Assembly (NCBI GenBank): GCA_035221665.1
Contig: CM069148.1
Location: forward strand, 7,874,001-7,938,000
Origin: Okamejei kenojei
Taxonomy: Eukaryota
Reading direction: 5' to 3'
Length of the DNA stretch: 64,000 nt
Below, piece by piece: positions 50,030-63,015 of this stretch (position 1 is the stretch's first letter; the number at the start of each line of letters is the position of its first letter). The notes beneath the pieces were generated by a model. It did no database searches. It saw only the letters and a list, made by a program, of their open reading frames with translations, and had not been told where the DNA came from. A program made the position numbers and the translations under genes.

Positions 50030-51377
50030 CCATATAACCATATAATCATATAACAATTACAGCTCGGAAACAGGCCCTCTCGGCCCTTCCAATCCGTGCT
50101 GACCATTTGTTTTCCCCTAGTCCCATCTACCTGCACTCAGACCATACCCCTCCATTCCCTTCCCGTCCATATACCTATCCACTTTACTTTTAAATGTTAA
50201 AATAGATCCTGCCTCCACCACTTCTGCTGGAAGCTCATTCCACACAGCCACCACCCTCTGAGTAAAGAAGTTCCCCCTCACGTTACCCCTAAACTTCTGT
50301 CCCTTAATTCTCATGTCATGCCCTCTTGTTTGAATCTTCCCTACCCTCAATGGGAAAAGCTTATCCACGTCAACTCTGTCTATCCCTTTCATCATTTTAA
50401 AGACCTCAATCAAGTCCCCCCTTAACCTTCTGCGCTCCAAAGAATAAAGACCTAACTTGTTCAACCTTTCTCAGTAACATAGTTGCTGGAACCCTGGCAA
50501 CATTCTAGCAAATCTCCTCTGTACTCTCTCTATTTTGTTGACATCCTTCCTATAATTAGGCAACCAAAATTGTACACCATACTCCAGAATTGGTCTTACC
50601 AATGCCTTGTACAATTTTAACATTACTTCCCTACTCCTATATTCAATGCTCTGATTTATAAAGGCCGGCACACCAAAGGCTTTCTTTACCACCCTATCTA
50701 CATGCGATTCCACCTTCAGGGAACTATGCACAGTTATTCCTAGATCTCTCTGTTCCACAGCATTCCTCAATTCCCTACCATTTACCATGTACGTCCTATT
50801 TTGATTTGTCCTGCCAAGATGTAGCACTTCACACTTATCAGCATTAAACTCCATCTGCCATCTTTCAGCCCACGTTTCCAAATGGCCCAAATCTCTCTGT
50901 AGACTTTGAAAATCTACTTCATTATCCACAACACCACCTACCTTAGTATCATCTGCATACTTACTTATCCAATTTTCCACCCCATCATCCAGATCATTGA
51001 TGTACATGACAAACAACAGTGGACCCAACACAGATCCCTGAGGCACCCCACTGGTCACCGGCTTCCAACCTGACAAACAGCCATCCACCATGACTCTCTG
51101 ACATCTCCCATTCAGCCACTGTTGAATCCATCTTGCTACTCCGCCATTAACACCCAAAGATTGAACCTTCTTAACCAACCTTCCATGGGGAACCTTGTCA
51201 AAGGCCTTACTGAAATCCATATAGACAACATCCACTGCTTTACCCTCATCAATTTCCCTAGTAACCGCTTCAAAAAATTCAAGAAGGTTTGTCAAACATG
51301 ACCTTCCAGGCACAAATCCATGTTGGCTGTTCCTGATCAGACCCTGTTTATCCAGATGCTTATATATATTATCTCTA
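50030..51377 (-). mobile_element. CR1/HER1-clade LINE, 5'-truncated, RT domain to 3' microsatellite tail
   Basis: ORFs 50471..51385 and 50117..50464 share one frame, split by a single TGA; motifs QHGF, DFSKAFDKVPH, GVPQGSVLGP, YADD, LERRRLRGDLIE; (CATATAAC)n-like tail near 50030-50060. Confidence 0.95.
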
Positions 51378-52164
51378 AGTTGCATTTAGTTCCAAATACA
51401 CATTGAAATCATTATATGCTCCATCAATTTGTCCATCAACTGGAAAGCAATTACTGCTCTCTTCATAAAATCTTACTACTGATGAAGGGCAATTGGATGA
51501 AGAAACAAAAATGAGAAATAAATGAAAGGATGTCCCATTCTTGAAACCCTCTACTTTGGGCAATGCCTAGAAGAATCTAATAAACACCAGTGTATTCTCC
51601 CAGAAGAAATTGATTTCTTGTAAATACTCCCTAATTCCCAAGGTAAATAAAAACAGTTCCAGATTATTTTCCCCATCCACAATTTGCCATTGTGCCATCT
51701 TGGCCCAGTGCTCTTTAATAGATTGTGTTATACCTCCTTTCATTTCTTTCTGTTACCCGCCAAAACCTATGACTGAACCAGCATGGAGGCTGAAGAAGGG
51801 TCCCGACCTGAAACATAGGTGCAGGATTAGGCCATTCAGCCCTTCGGGACAGCACTGCCATTCAATATGGTCATGGCTGATCATCCAAAATCAGTCCCCC
51901 GTTCCTGCTTTTTCGCCCCATATCCTTTGATTCCGTTAGCCCTAAGAGCTAAATCTAAATCTCTCTTGAAAACATCCAGTGAATTAGACTCCACTGCCTT
52001 CTGTGGCATAGAGCTCCACAGATTCACAACTCTCTGGGTGAAAAAGTTTTTCCTCATCTCAGTCCTAAATGGCTTACTCCTTATTCTTAAATTGTGACCC
52101 CTCGTTCTGGACTCTCCCAACATCGGGAACATTTTTCCTGCATCCAGCCTTTAAGAATTTTATA

Positions 52165-52468
52165 TTTAGTTTAGGTTAGAAATACAGCATGGAAACAGGC
52201 CCTTCAGCCCATCGAGTCTGCACCAACCAGTGATCCCTGCATATTAACACTATCCTACACAGACAATTTTTACATTTAGCAAGTCAATTAACTTACCCGG
52301 TACGTACCTTTGGAGTGTGGGAGGAAACCGAAGATCTCAGAAAAAAACCCACGCAGGTCACGGGTAGAACGTACAAACTCCGTGCAGCCAGCACCCGTAG
52401 GCGGGGTCGAACCCTGGTGTCTGGCGCTGCTTTCGCTGGAAGGCAGCAACTCTACCGATGCACCACCT
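52165..52468 (-). mobile_element. HE1-type SINE
   Basis: Reverse-complement family match. Confidence 0.82.
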
Positions 52469-52834
52469 GTTTCGATAAGATCCTATAACGTCACCCATTC
52501 CTTCTCTCCAGAGATGCTGCCTGTCCCGCATTGATTATTGAACATTTAACAGTGCAATTTAAATGAATATATGTGTAAAGCATCAGAGAGCTAGATAGGG
52601 CTCTTAAAGATACCGGAGTCAGGGGATATGGGGAGAAGGCAGGAACGGGGTACTGATTGGGGATGATCAGCCATGATCACAGTGATTGGTGGTGCTGGCT
52701 CGATGGGCTGAATGGCCTACTTCTGCACCTATTGTCTATTGCATCAGAACAGTATCTTCATTGGATTTTGTATTGGTTATTTTCGTTCCAGACCAGGCTT
52801 CAGGCCTGGTGGGAGGAACCGCAGATGGTGGTCA

Positions 52835-53270
52835 ATAATAATAATAATATATTTTATTGTCATTGCACAGAGGTACACTGAGATTTGGTATGCAGCTTCC
52901 ATCCAATGTAATAACTTAGTCAACTAAAAAATTTAGACACTCATCGAAACAAGATTTAAAAAAACCCAGTAAAACAGTATAAAGTGCAAATAGGTCAGCC
53001 AGGTCGATGTGCGACGTGACCATCCGAGGGAGGCAGTTCATGGGGGTGGGGGGCACTCAGCAGGGCCGGTTCAGAGCAGCTATAGCTCTGGGGATGAAGC
53101 TGTTCGTAAGTCTGGAGGTGCGGGCGTAGAAGGCCTTGCAACGTCTGCCGGATGGTAGGAGTTCGAACAGACTATTGCAAGGGTGCGAGGAGTCTTTGTG
53201 AATGCTGACGGCCTTCCTGAGACACCGTGTATAGTAGATGCCCTCCAAGGCTGGTAGACGTGTCTCAGTT
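52835..53270 (-). mobile_element. Rex1/Babar-type LINE 3' fragment
   Basis: ORF 53057..53248 DSSHPCNSLFELLPSGRR...TSRLTNSFIPRAI is the typical Rex1/Babar C-terminus; (ATT)n tail. Confidence 0.8.
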
Positions 53271-54257
53271 TACCCCAAAGGTACACGAAATGCTGGAGTA
53301 ACTCATCGGGACAGGCAGCGTCACTGGAGAGAAGGAATGGGTGACGTTTCGGGTCGAGACCCCTCTTCTGTCTTTAATTATTTGGGGCGTTGTGGCACTA
53401 ATGAGAATTAACCGAGTTTAATACTTCACTTAAAGCAACATTGCAAAGGTTGAAATTACCTCTTGCAATGAGGTCATGTTAAAAGACTGCACGTTAGTTG
53501 TGGTCCCGAGGACATGTTAAGAGACGGCATGTTACTAGTGTGTCAAATGATGATGGCCTTATTCTTGCTTGACTCTTGGAAGCACTTGGAAGTTTATTTA
53601 AATGTTGACCTTGGCTCTAGAATGAACAGTGAGTGCCCAGATGATAGAGATTGCCAGTATTATAAAAGGACTCAAATCGCTGGAGTAATTCAGCAGGCCT
53701 GGCAGCTTCCCTGGAGAACATGGAGAGGTGACGTTTCAGGTTCAGACCCTTCTTTAGACGGCAGAAGATTCTTGCCCCAAAATGTCACCTCTACACGTTG
53801 ACACTGTGGAAAGGTGTCGACCCGAAACATCACCCGTCCACGTTGAGTCTGAAGAAGGGTCTCGACCCAACCCGCTGAGTTATTCCTGCACTCTTTGTCC
53901 TTGTGTATTGACCAGCATCTGCTGTTCTTTGTTTCCACAATCCCTGTATTATATTTGATCATTAAAAATACAAACACTGGAAGCAAGCAGGTTAGGCAGC
54001 ATATATGGAGAGGAGAACAGAATCAATGTTTCAATCAACCCTTCATCAATGTGTTTTGGTTATATTAAGATATAATACAGAGAACCCATTTGGCTGACAT
54101 TGTCTCAATGGTGCAACTAGTCCCAAACTCAACTTACCAAATTCCGAGTCCTCTGGGTCCCCTTTCGAGTCCTCCGCCTCTACTTTCCCTGCTGTTCGGT
54201 GCTTTCAGAGGCTACCCTGTTCACGTTGGCTCTTCCAGTGTTTATTCTATCGAATGA

Positions 54258-54557
54258 AGGGCGGCGCGCTGGCGCATTAGTACAGTTGCTATCTTGCAGC
54301 GCTCACAGCGCCAGAGACCCGGGTTCAATCCCGACCACGGGTGCTGTCTGTACGGACTTTGTACGCTCTTCCCCGACCCCAAGTGCTTTCTCCAAGATCT
54401 TTGGTTTCTTCCCACACTCCAGAGACGCGCAGGCTTGTGGGCTAATTGGCTTGGTATAAATGTAAATTGGCCTTGGTGTGTGTATAGTTTAGTGCTGGTG
54501 TGCTGGTCGGGGCGGACTCGATGGGCTGAAGGGCCTGTTTCCGTGCTGTATCTCTAA
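54258..54557 (+). mobile_element. HE1-type SINE
   Basis: Family consensus match. Confidence 0.82.
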
Positions 54558-54894
54558 AAAAATATATCTTCGTTGTTGTTGATGTTGGACTGATTGCCGC
54601 CCTGAATGTACATTAAGAGGGAATGAGGGCATGGGAAAGGGGAAGAGAATCCGACTAACTATTATTCCCTCAGTGTTTACCTTGGTATATGGTTTTAATT
54701 GTTACCTTGGGGGATATTTAACGTTAGCTGGTCCAAGAAGCATAAAATGTCCCGACAATTTAAACGCAGCTGAACACCACATGAGCCCAAGAGAGCGAAA
54801 TAAAAATCTTAGTTCTCTTGTCATGGGCAACCTGATCATTGCTTCCCCAGTTGATGTTTATGACATTATTTAGTTGCCTCCAGTTCCACAAGAA

Positions 54895-55176
54895 CTTTAG
54901 AGATACAGCACGGAAACGGGTCCTTTGGCCCAGCGAGTCCGCATGCCGACGAGCGATCTCCCCGTACACTAGCACCATCTTGCACGCTAGCGGCAATTGA
55001 CAATTTTTACGTAAGCCAATCAATCCACAAACCTGCACGTCTTTGGAATGTGGGAGGGAACCGGAGCACCCGGAGAAAACCCACATGGTCCCAAGGCGAT
55101 GGTGCAGATAGTGCCAGTAGTCAAGATTGAACCCGGGTCTCTGGAGCTGTAAGGTCGCAACTCCACTGCTGTGCTG
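54895..55176 (-). mobile_element. HE1-type SINE
   Basis: Reverse-complement family match. Confidence 0.82.
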
Positions 55177-56829
55177 ATGGGAGGATGTGGTTTCTGCTTT
55201 AAGTCGAGTTAATGTATTGAGCAAGGTTGTAATATTTGATATAGGGAATGTAAAAGGTGGAGATGGAACCTCCAACACATTTATCTGAATGAAGTAACTT
55301 TCTTTGCTACAAAGGCATATTCCATTGTTACAATTGTCCAGAACCAGGGGCCACAGTTTAAGAATAAGGGGTAAGCCATTTAGAACGGGGATGAGGAAAC
55401 ACTTTTTTCACACAGAGAGTTGCGAGTCTGTGGAATTCTCTGCCTCGGAGGGCGGTGGAGGCCGGCTCTCTGCTATCTTCAAGAGCCCTATCAAGCTCTC
55501 TCTTGAAAGTATCTTGAAAGAGTCGGAGGATATGGGGGAAGGCAGGAACGGGGTTCTGATTGTGATGATCAGCTATGATCACATTGAATGGCGGTGCTGG
55601 CTCGAAGGGCCGAATGGCCTACTCCTGCACCTGTTGTCTAATAAGACGGCAACGTATTGGTTATTCTAACAAATGCAAGGAGAATGTTATCCATTCTCAA
55701 GATGTGTGTCTAAAATGCTTTTGCACGTTTCCTGTCTGGCAGTTCCACATACGTATATTTGAATGCAGTGAATCACAAGTATTATTATTAATGTTGGAAC
55801 TTGCAACGAGAAATCCGGGGTTGTTGTATCGTCAACCAGATGCCCCAGCAGAAAAATATTTTGTGCAGACATTCTTGTTGTGCTTGTTTTGCTTGCCTAG
55901 GCTAGCCCTTTCATTGCCCCCACGGGCTGCCTCGCTGTTCCCCTGGGCGCTGAGCCAACTACTTGGCGAATGTTTGTGGAGCATCTGTGTCTAAACATTC
56001 CTTGCTAGACGTGGGCACAAAACGCTGGAGGAACTCAACGGGTGAGGCAGCATAGATGGAGAGAAGGAATCGGCGACGTTTCGGCTCGAGACCCGAAACG
56101 TCGCCCATTCCTTCTCTCCATAGATGCTGCCTCACCAGTGGTATTCTGTTCCCACCCATTCCGTTAATAACACCTTTTTTTTTTCGACAGCTCATTACAG
56201 AACTATATGCAAGAGTAACATCACTGAAATAATTTGCTATCAGTAGCACGAAAGGGCTGCCAGCAATTATCCTTCTTTTTCCATGACCATTTATTTTTCA
56301 TGAAGACAGACACACATAGCTGGAGTAAATCAGCGGGTCAGGCAGCATCTCTGGAGAAAAGGAATGGGTGACGTTTCAGGTCGACACCCTTCACAATCCG
56401 AAACGTCACCCATTCCGTTCCTCCAGAGACGCTGCCCGATCCGTTGAGTTACTCCAGCTGTTTGTGTCTGTCTTCAGTTTAAAACAGCATCTGCATTTCC
56501 TCCTTGCACATTTATTTTTTCATGTCTTATTCTTGTTCCTGATCCATTTTTTTTTCTTTCTCTACTTCCCCATAATTTCCCATGTGGGTGAGCAATCAAG
56601 CAAGTGGTGCACTTTCCCAGGAGTCTGCATACTCTCAATAGGATGTCAAATGTAATTTGTTTTCCCTTACCAATCTAAGTGTGGCCTATGAGGGTTGTGG
56701 AAACATACTTGTACCTCCAGGTGTACGATTACACCTGTGATAAATTTTCAACTTGCATGCATTTGCCGGCAGCCCAGAAAATCACTTGCGGTCCTTCCCT
56801 GCGCTGGTACATAAGGTCATAAGTGATAG

Positions 56830-57030
56830 GAGATAGACACAAAGAGCTGGAGTAACTCAGCGGGATAGGCAGCATCTCTGGAGAGAAGGAATGGGTGACG
56901 TTTCGGGTCGTCGCCCTTCTTCACTCTGCAGACCCTTCTTCTCCAGAGATGCTGCCTGTCCCGCTGAGTTACTCCAGCTTTTTATGTCTATCTTTTGTTT
57001 AAACCAGCATCTGCAGTTTCTTCCTAAAGC
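56830..57030. mobile_element. Palindromic Penelope-terminus mini-element interrupting a CR1 3' end
   Basis: Inverted arms gctggagtaactcagcgggataggcagcatctctggagagaagg / ccttcttctccagagatgctgcctgtcccgctgagttactccagc. Confidence 0.7.
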
Positions 57031-57769
57031 TGGGAAGAAAGTGATGGGAACAAAGAATTAGGCCATTCGGCCCATCACGTCTACTCTGCCATTCAATCAT
57101 GGCTGATCTATCTCTCCCTCCTAACCCCATTCTCCTGCCTTCTCCCTGGAACCCCTGACACCCGTACTAATTAAGAATCTATCCATCTGTGCCTTAAACA
57201 TCAATTGAATTGTCCTCCACAGCCTTCTGTGGCAACGATTCCACAGATTCACCACCCTCTGACTAAATAAATTGCTCCTCATCTCCTTCCTAAAGGAACA
57301 TCCTTTAATTCTGATGCTATGACCTCTGGTCCTAGACTCTTCCCCCCTGATGGAAACATCCTCTCCACATCCACTCTATCCGAGCCTTTATGTTCAGAGA
57401 TACAGCATGGAAACAGCCCTCGAGTCCACACCGACCATCGATCACCTGTTCACACTAGTTTTATGTTATCCCACTTTCTCATCCACTCTGTACCTACTGG
57501 GGGCCAATTAACCTACAAACCTGCATATCATTGGGATGTGGGAGGAACCCAGAGCACCCGGAGAAAACCCACTCGGTCACTGGAGGCAGGTGCAAACTCC
57601 ACATACTTGGCACCTGAGGTTGGGATCGAACCTGGTTCTCTGGCACCGTGAGGCAGCAGCTCGACCGCCCGCACCACTTTAGTTTATTGTCGTATGTGTA
57701 CTAAGGTACAGTTGCAAACTTTTCACCCCTGTGCCGCCCTGTATGTGTGCTCTCTCTTCTGAATGACCC

Positions 57770-58050
57770 AGTTTAGTTTAGTGATACAGTGTGGAAACAA
57801 ACCCTTCGGCCCACCGAGTCGACACCGATCAGCGATTCCCGCATATTAACACTATCCTACACACACTGGGGCCAATTTAACATTGATACCAAACCTACAA
57901 ACCCGCACTTCTTTGGAGTGTGGGAGGAAACTGAAGATCTCTGCGAAAACCTACGGGGTCACGGGTAGAAAGTCCAAATTCCATACAGACAGCACCCGGG
58001 TCTCTGGCGCTGTAAGGCAGCAGCTCAACCGCTGCGCCTCCGTGCCGCCC
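57770..58050 (-). mobile_element. HE1-type SINE (a further - copy lies at ~57385-57678)
   Basis: Reverse-complement family match. Confidence 0.82.
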
Positions 58051-58947
58051 TTGAGAGCTTTGTGCAAATAATGGACGTGATGGTGTCAATGTCTGTCGTC
58101 ACCAGAACAGCTACTATTTGTATGTTAGATCATTGGGTACCTTGGCCGGTTCGCAGCTTGCTATTACAGCAGCAGACCAGCACAGTCTCGCCCCTGACCT
58201 GCATCACCATCGTGTTGGATTGTCCCAGCTTAATAACCATTCATCGCACCAGCCAGCACAGGATCACGTGTGCGTGTGATGCCGTGCTGTTTAAAAATGT
58301 CACTCCAAAAATGGTAGAAATTCAAACCATTTACATCTACTTGTCCATATCTGCGGCACTATCTGCAAATTGTCCACTCCAGCTGGTGTTTAAATGAAGT
58401 AAACCCAGAAGCAGAGAAACGGGCCCATTTTCAAGGCTCTTTCCAGTGAGTATGTAAAACCTGTGTAGGAAGGAACTGCAGATGCTGGTTCATATCGAAG
58501 ACAGACGCAAGGAGTAGCTCAGTGGGTCGTCCCTGACCTGCTAAGTTATTCCAGCAGTGTGGGTGTGTTCCTATTGTTCATCAAACCATTCACTTTTCCC
58601 TCCTTGGATGGGTGTTCATGTTGAGTTGCCAAGGTTAATAGTGCCGACCAGTTTGCCTGAGCTATGTACAAGGGAAGTTAAAAGTGAATTAAAGAAGGCA
58701 CAAAGTGGCGGAGTTACTCAGCGGGTCAGGAAGCATCTCAGGAGAACATGGATAGTTGACGGTTCTGGTCGGGACCTATCTTCAGACTAATTATATTGGG
58801 GTTAGGGGGTGAGGAGGAGGAGGAGAAAGAAAGTTGGGAGAGAGGATGGGCATGACTTACCCTTAGTAGGTGATAGGTTGAAGCTAGACACAAAAAGCTG
58901 GAATAACTCAACGGGTCAAGCAGCTTCTCTGCAGAAAAGGAATAGGT

Positions 58948-58975
58948 GACGTTTCGGGTTGAGACCCTTCATCAG
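58948..58975 (-). ncRNA. Minimal hammerhead core with canonical CUGAUGA (putative)
   Basis: Reverse complement CTGATGAAGGGTCTCAACCCGAAACGTC. Confidence 0.6.
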
Positions 58976-59561
58976 ATACAGGTGAGGAGGGTAGAGAGTT
59001 GGGCAAAGGCCAGTGAACTACGCTGAGCACAATCGCAACATGGTTTCCCGTTGATATCACTCAAAATTAGGTTGATTTATTTTTTATGTTCTGCTTTTTG
59101 TTTATTTATAACCAAGTTCAAATTTAGAATGGCGCTGTGGCACAGCCAGGGGAGGGAAAGTCAGGTTCAATTCTGACCTCGGGTGCTGTCTGTGTGGGGT
59201 TTGCACGCTCTCCCTGTGACCGCTTACGTTTCCTTCGGGTGCTCCGGATTCCTCCCACATCATAAAGGCCTGCAGGTTGCGTAGGTTAATTGGTCCTCTG
59301 GAAATTACACCTTGTGCGTAGGGTGGTACGGTGCAGATGCAAGGAACTGCAATCAAGCTAGACTCTCTTCCCATACTCTTCCCTAACAACCCTAACAAAT
59401 TCCATTCTCATTTTTTTTAAAAAGATATTTATCCAGCCCCTCTCTCAATTCTGCTATTAACTTTGCCTCCACTCTCTCTCTAGAAGTGCATTCCATCCTC
59501 AAATATCCATTGTGTTTATGAAAAACCTCGCACCCTCTGATACTTTTGCCAATCACCTTTA

Positions 59562-59778
59562 AGGGCCTGTCCCATTTTCATGACCTAATTCACAACCTTT
59601 TTTTACTTGTGGGCATTTTTCATCAGGCTAGAAAAACGCCCCGACCTACTTGATGTCACGAGTACCTACGACTGCAATCACGACCTACCTACAACCTACC
59701 TACGACCTCGTGACGACCATGCTGCGAGTACGAGTCAATGGCAAACTCGGCAGAGGTCGTGAAAGTGGGACAGGCCCT
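59562..59778. mobile_element. MITE with the same TIR tip but a different interior
   Basis: AGGGCCTGTCCCATTTTCATGACCT ... AGGTCGTGAAAGTGGGACAGGCCCT; preceded by TTA. Confidence 0.78.
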
Positions 59779-60168
59779 TTTTATTCTTTTTATTTTAATT
59801 CCGATACTTTTCCAATCCGTCTCCCTGTCCAAATGTCTTTTAAATGTTGGGATAGTACCTGCCTCAACTACCTCCTCTGGCAGCTCGTTCCATTCACCCA
59901 CCACCCTCTGTGCAAAACAGTTGCCTCTCGGGTTCCTATTAAATCAACCCCCTCTCACCTTAAACCTATATTCTCTAGGTCATGATTCCCCTGCTCTGGG
60001 TAAAAGACTGTGTGGACCCATAGGTTTTACAGGCTGTCATTACCACTGTGTGTCCACTAGACCCACATTATAGACTCTCATATAGAGATGCAATGCTGAG
60101 ATTTGTTAATAACCTCAAGATTATTATACAATTGGACTGTCAGCAAAGCATTAATGGACACCATGATT

Positions 60169-60473
60169 TTAGTTAGGTTTGGAGATACTGCGTGGCAACA
60201 GGCCCGCGTCGACCAGCGATCCCCACAGATTAATACCATCCTACACACACTGCGGACAATTCTTTACAATTGTGCCGTGGCAATTAACCTTCGAACCTGC
60301 ACGTCTTTGGGCTGTGAAAAGAACCGAAGATCTCGGAGAAAGCCCACGCAGGTCTCGGGGACCACGTGCAAACTCCGTGGTCGGGATCGGAAACTCCGCA
60401 GACGGCGCCCGTAGTCAGGATCGAAACCGGGTCCCTGGCGCTGCAAGGCAGCAACTCTACCGCCGCGCCGCCC
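60169..60473 (-). mobile_element. HE1-type SINE with a small internal duplication
   Basis: Reverse-complement family match; 'aaactccg...gtc.ggatcg' occurs twice. Confidence 0.82.
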
Positions 60474-62021
60474 TAAGTGATAAACTGACCAGAAAGCCTC
60501 TGCACAAATGTCGTCTTGTTTAAATTTGGGTAAACATTGTAAGCCCTGTTTTAATACTTAACAAATGTTGCGTGACACTAGTCAAACTTTCAATTGAAAC
60601 CATCCATTAAATTCATTTGTTTTGCTTACAGTCCATTACTTTATGTAAGCTTGCCTTAAATCAACCTTGACTGTGCAGCTGAGCACTATGACATTTTTAC
60701 CTCTGACAAGACGACTGCAAATGACAACAACATATCTAAGTAGTACTCTTAACATGGCTCCCGTACATAAGATATCGAAAGACACTTTGCCGTGCAAAAG
60801 TAAAACAATTTGTATTGGGTTGATTTGCGACATAAAGCTTTCTCAGGGCACATCACAATCACAAGCTGATTTGCAAATGCATCTCCTGACTCCCAACTAT
60901 AATCTATATCTGAAAAAGTGTCCCAACCTGAAATGTCACCCATCCTTTTTTCTCCAGAGATGCTGCCTGACCTGCTGAGTTGCTCCAGCATTTTGTGTCC
61001 ATCTTTGGTGCAAAGTAGCGTCTGCACCTTGTTTCTACCTTCCTATGCCTGTCCTGCAGAGTGTGCAGGGTTACAGTGCTAGGGACCCGGGTTCCAACCT
61101 GATTACGGGTACGTTCTCCCTGTGACCACTTGGGTTTTCTCCGGGTGCTCCAGTTTCCTCCCACACTCCAAAGATGTATGGGTTTGCAGTTTAATTGGCT
61201 TCGGTAAAACGTTCTCTAGTTTGCAGGATGGTGTTAATGTACAGGGCGATTGCTGGTCAGCACGAACTCACACGGTTGAAGAGTCTGTACTTGCGCACAG
61301 TATGTCTAAAGATTGTTTTCTCACCCTCAATGTACTGTCTGCAACCCAATACACTGGTTCAACTCTTGCTGGAGAACATGCGTAGCTAACGTTTGGGGTC
61401 AAGATCCAGCACTTTGTGTCCTTTCCTGCTGAGTTACGCCAGCAGTTTATGTCCTTTTGCATAGTAACCAGCATCTGCTGTTCTTTGTTTCTACATAGAA
61501 TTATAGTGTCGTACAGGGAGGAAACAGGCCCTTCGGCCCAACTTGTCCACACCAGCCAACATGTCCCATCTACACTAGTCCTACCTGCCTGCGTTTGGTC
61601 CATGTCCCTATAAACCTGTCTAGGGTACACAAAAGGCTGGAGAAACTCAGCGGGTGCAGCAGCATCTAAGGAGCGAAGGAGATAGACGACCCTTCTTCAG
61701 ACCTGTCTAGATGTTTCTTAAATGTTGCCTCAACGACCTCCACCAGCAGCTTGTTCCATGCTCCCGCCACCCTTTGTGTGGAAAAAGTTACTCATCGGGT
61801 TCCTATTAAATCTTTCCCCCCTCACCTTAAGCCTTTGTTCTCTGGTTGTCACTTAAACATCTTCTCAATAACATAGCAACTTGTTGTTCTCATCGCACAC
61901 GTTAGTTGGGACCTCGGTCAGTTCCTATTTGTGGATGGAAGTAAGATGGGATTGACAGGTCAACATTTTCCGGTCCAGAATAGGTGCAGAATGTAACTAA
62001 AGGCAGTCAAGTGCCTATTTC

Positions 62022-62572
62022 TTAAAAAAAATAATTTAAAAAAGATATTTTAATTAGAAGTAATGTACATTACCGTAGTATAAGCCATAAAGAACATAAT
62101 ACATTTCATATTCCACTTGTTTTAAACTTTAAGAAAAGGAAAAATAGAAAAAGATAAAATAGTAAGTGCGTGAGAGAGTGAGGAGAAAGAACCCGTAGAG
62201 GACGAAAAAGGAAAAGAGAAAAATGTAAAAAAAGAAAATATAAGAAAATAAGATAAGCTAAAGGGGATGTACCTACTTATCTTTACACACCCCTCACCAG
62301 GTCCTGAAACCGTTTATTTTCAAAGTTATGTTGCTTGTAATAAGTCGATAAATGGAGACCAAATCTTTTGGAATTGGTCTGATTTGCCTTCTAGGACGAA
62401 TCTCATATCTTCGAGGTGTAATATTTTGGACATATTTGAAATCCGCATTTTACCGTTGGTGTGGGAGGTTCTTTGCCGTTATTAAGCCATAATTAAGGAA
62501 ACTCTTTTGGAACGAAGTCAGCTCAGAACCGACTTCCATTGTTCCAAAAATAATCAAATCTGCATTCGGTTT
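62022..62572 (-). mobile_element. L1-clade LINE 3' fragment with TSD
   Basis: - strand encodes MRISNMSKILHLEDMRFVLEGKSDQFQKIWSPFIDLLQAT* (fish-type L1 ORF2 C-terminus); 18-bp TSD CAGTCAAGTGCCTATTTC at 62004-62021 and 62573-62590. Confidence 0.8.
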
Positions 62573-62601
62573 CAGTCAAGTGCCTATTTCAAACAAGGCC
62601 A

Positions 62602-63015
62602 ATTTTTTTTTTTTAATATATTTATTTTATTAGAAGCACTTTACCATGAAAAAGTAATCAACATAACAATTATACAATTTTCGTACAGCTTCAATTTTAA
62701 CATTTTGTAAACTGATAAGTGAATCGGAAAAAAGTAAAAAGGAAAGAATGAAAAGGAAGAAAGATACAAAAAAAAAGATGCAAAAACCCCTGAACTAACA
62801 AAGAAGTGATTTTTTTTTAAAGCGGAGATATACCCCACTAACCTTCCCTACGCCCGCTCACCCGACCCTAGCGTTGGTTTTGAATTTGTGTTCAACCATT
62901 CTGTTGAAGAAATTCACTGATAGGAGACCATATTTTGGAAAATTGGTCTGATTTGTCAGACAAACAAGCCTTATTTTTTTCTTAATGTAGTGTCTCGGTC
63001 ATTTCTGTGATCCAC
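62602..63015 (-). mobile_element. Second L1-clade 3' fragment
   Basis: - strand EWITEMTETLH...DKSDQFSKIWSPISEFL; poly(A) tail seen as poly-T at ~62603-62614; direct repeat TCAAACAAGGC at 62589-62599 and 63016-63026. Confidence 0.75.

Noticed and set aside
52792-52830. Acceptor-like tttcgttccAG followed by TRLQAWWEEPQMV as the next ANO1 exon
   Set aside because: Does not match the expected AATFMEHWKRKQM.. peptide and lacks a good donor; the next exon was not found before 64000
61614-61710. 10-bp ACCTGTCTAG repeat as the TSD of a single-arm mini-element
   Set aside because: The host CR1 3' region naturally contains ACCTGTC twice at this spot, so the TSD is ambiguous
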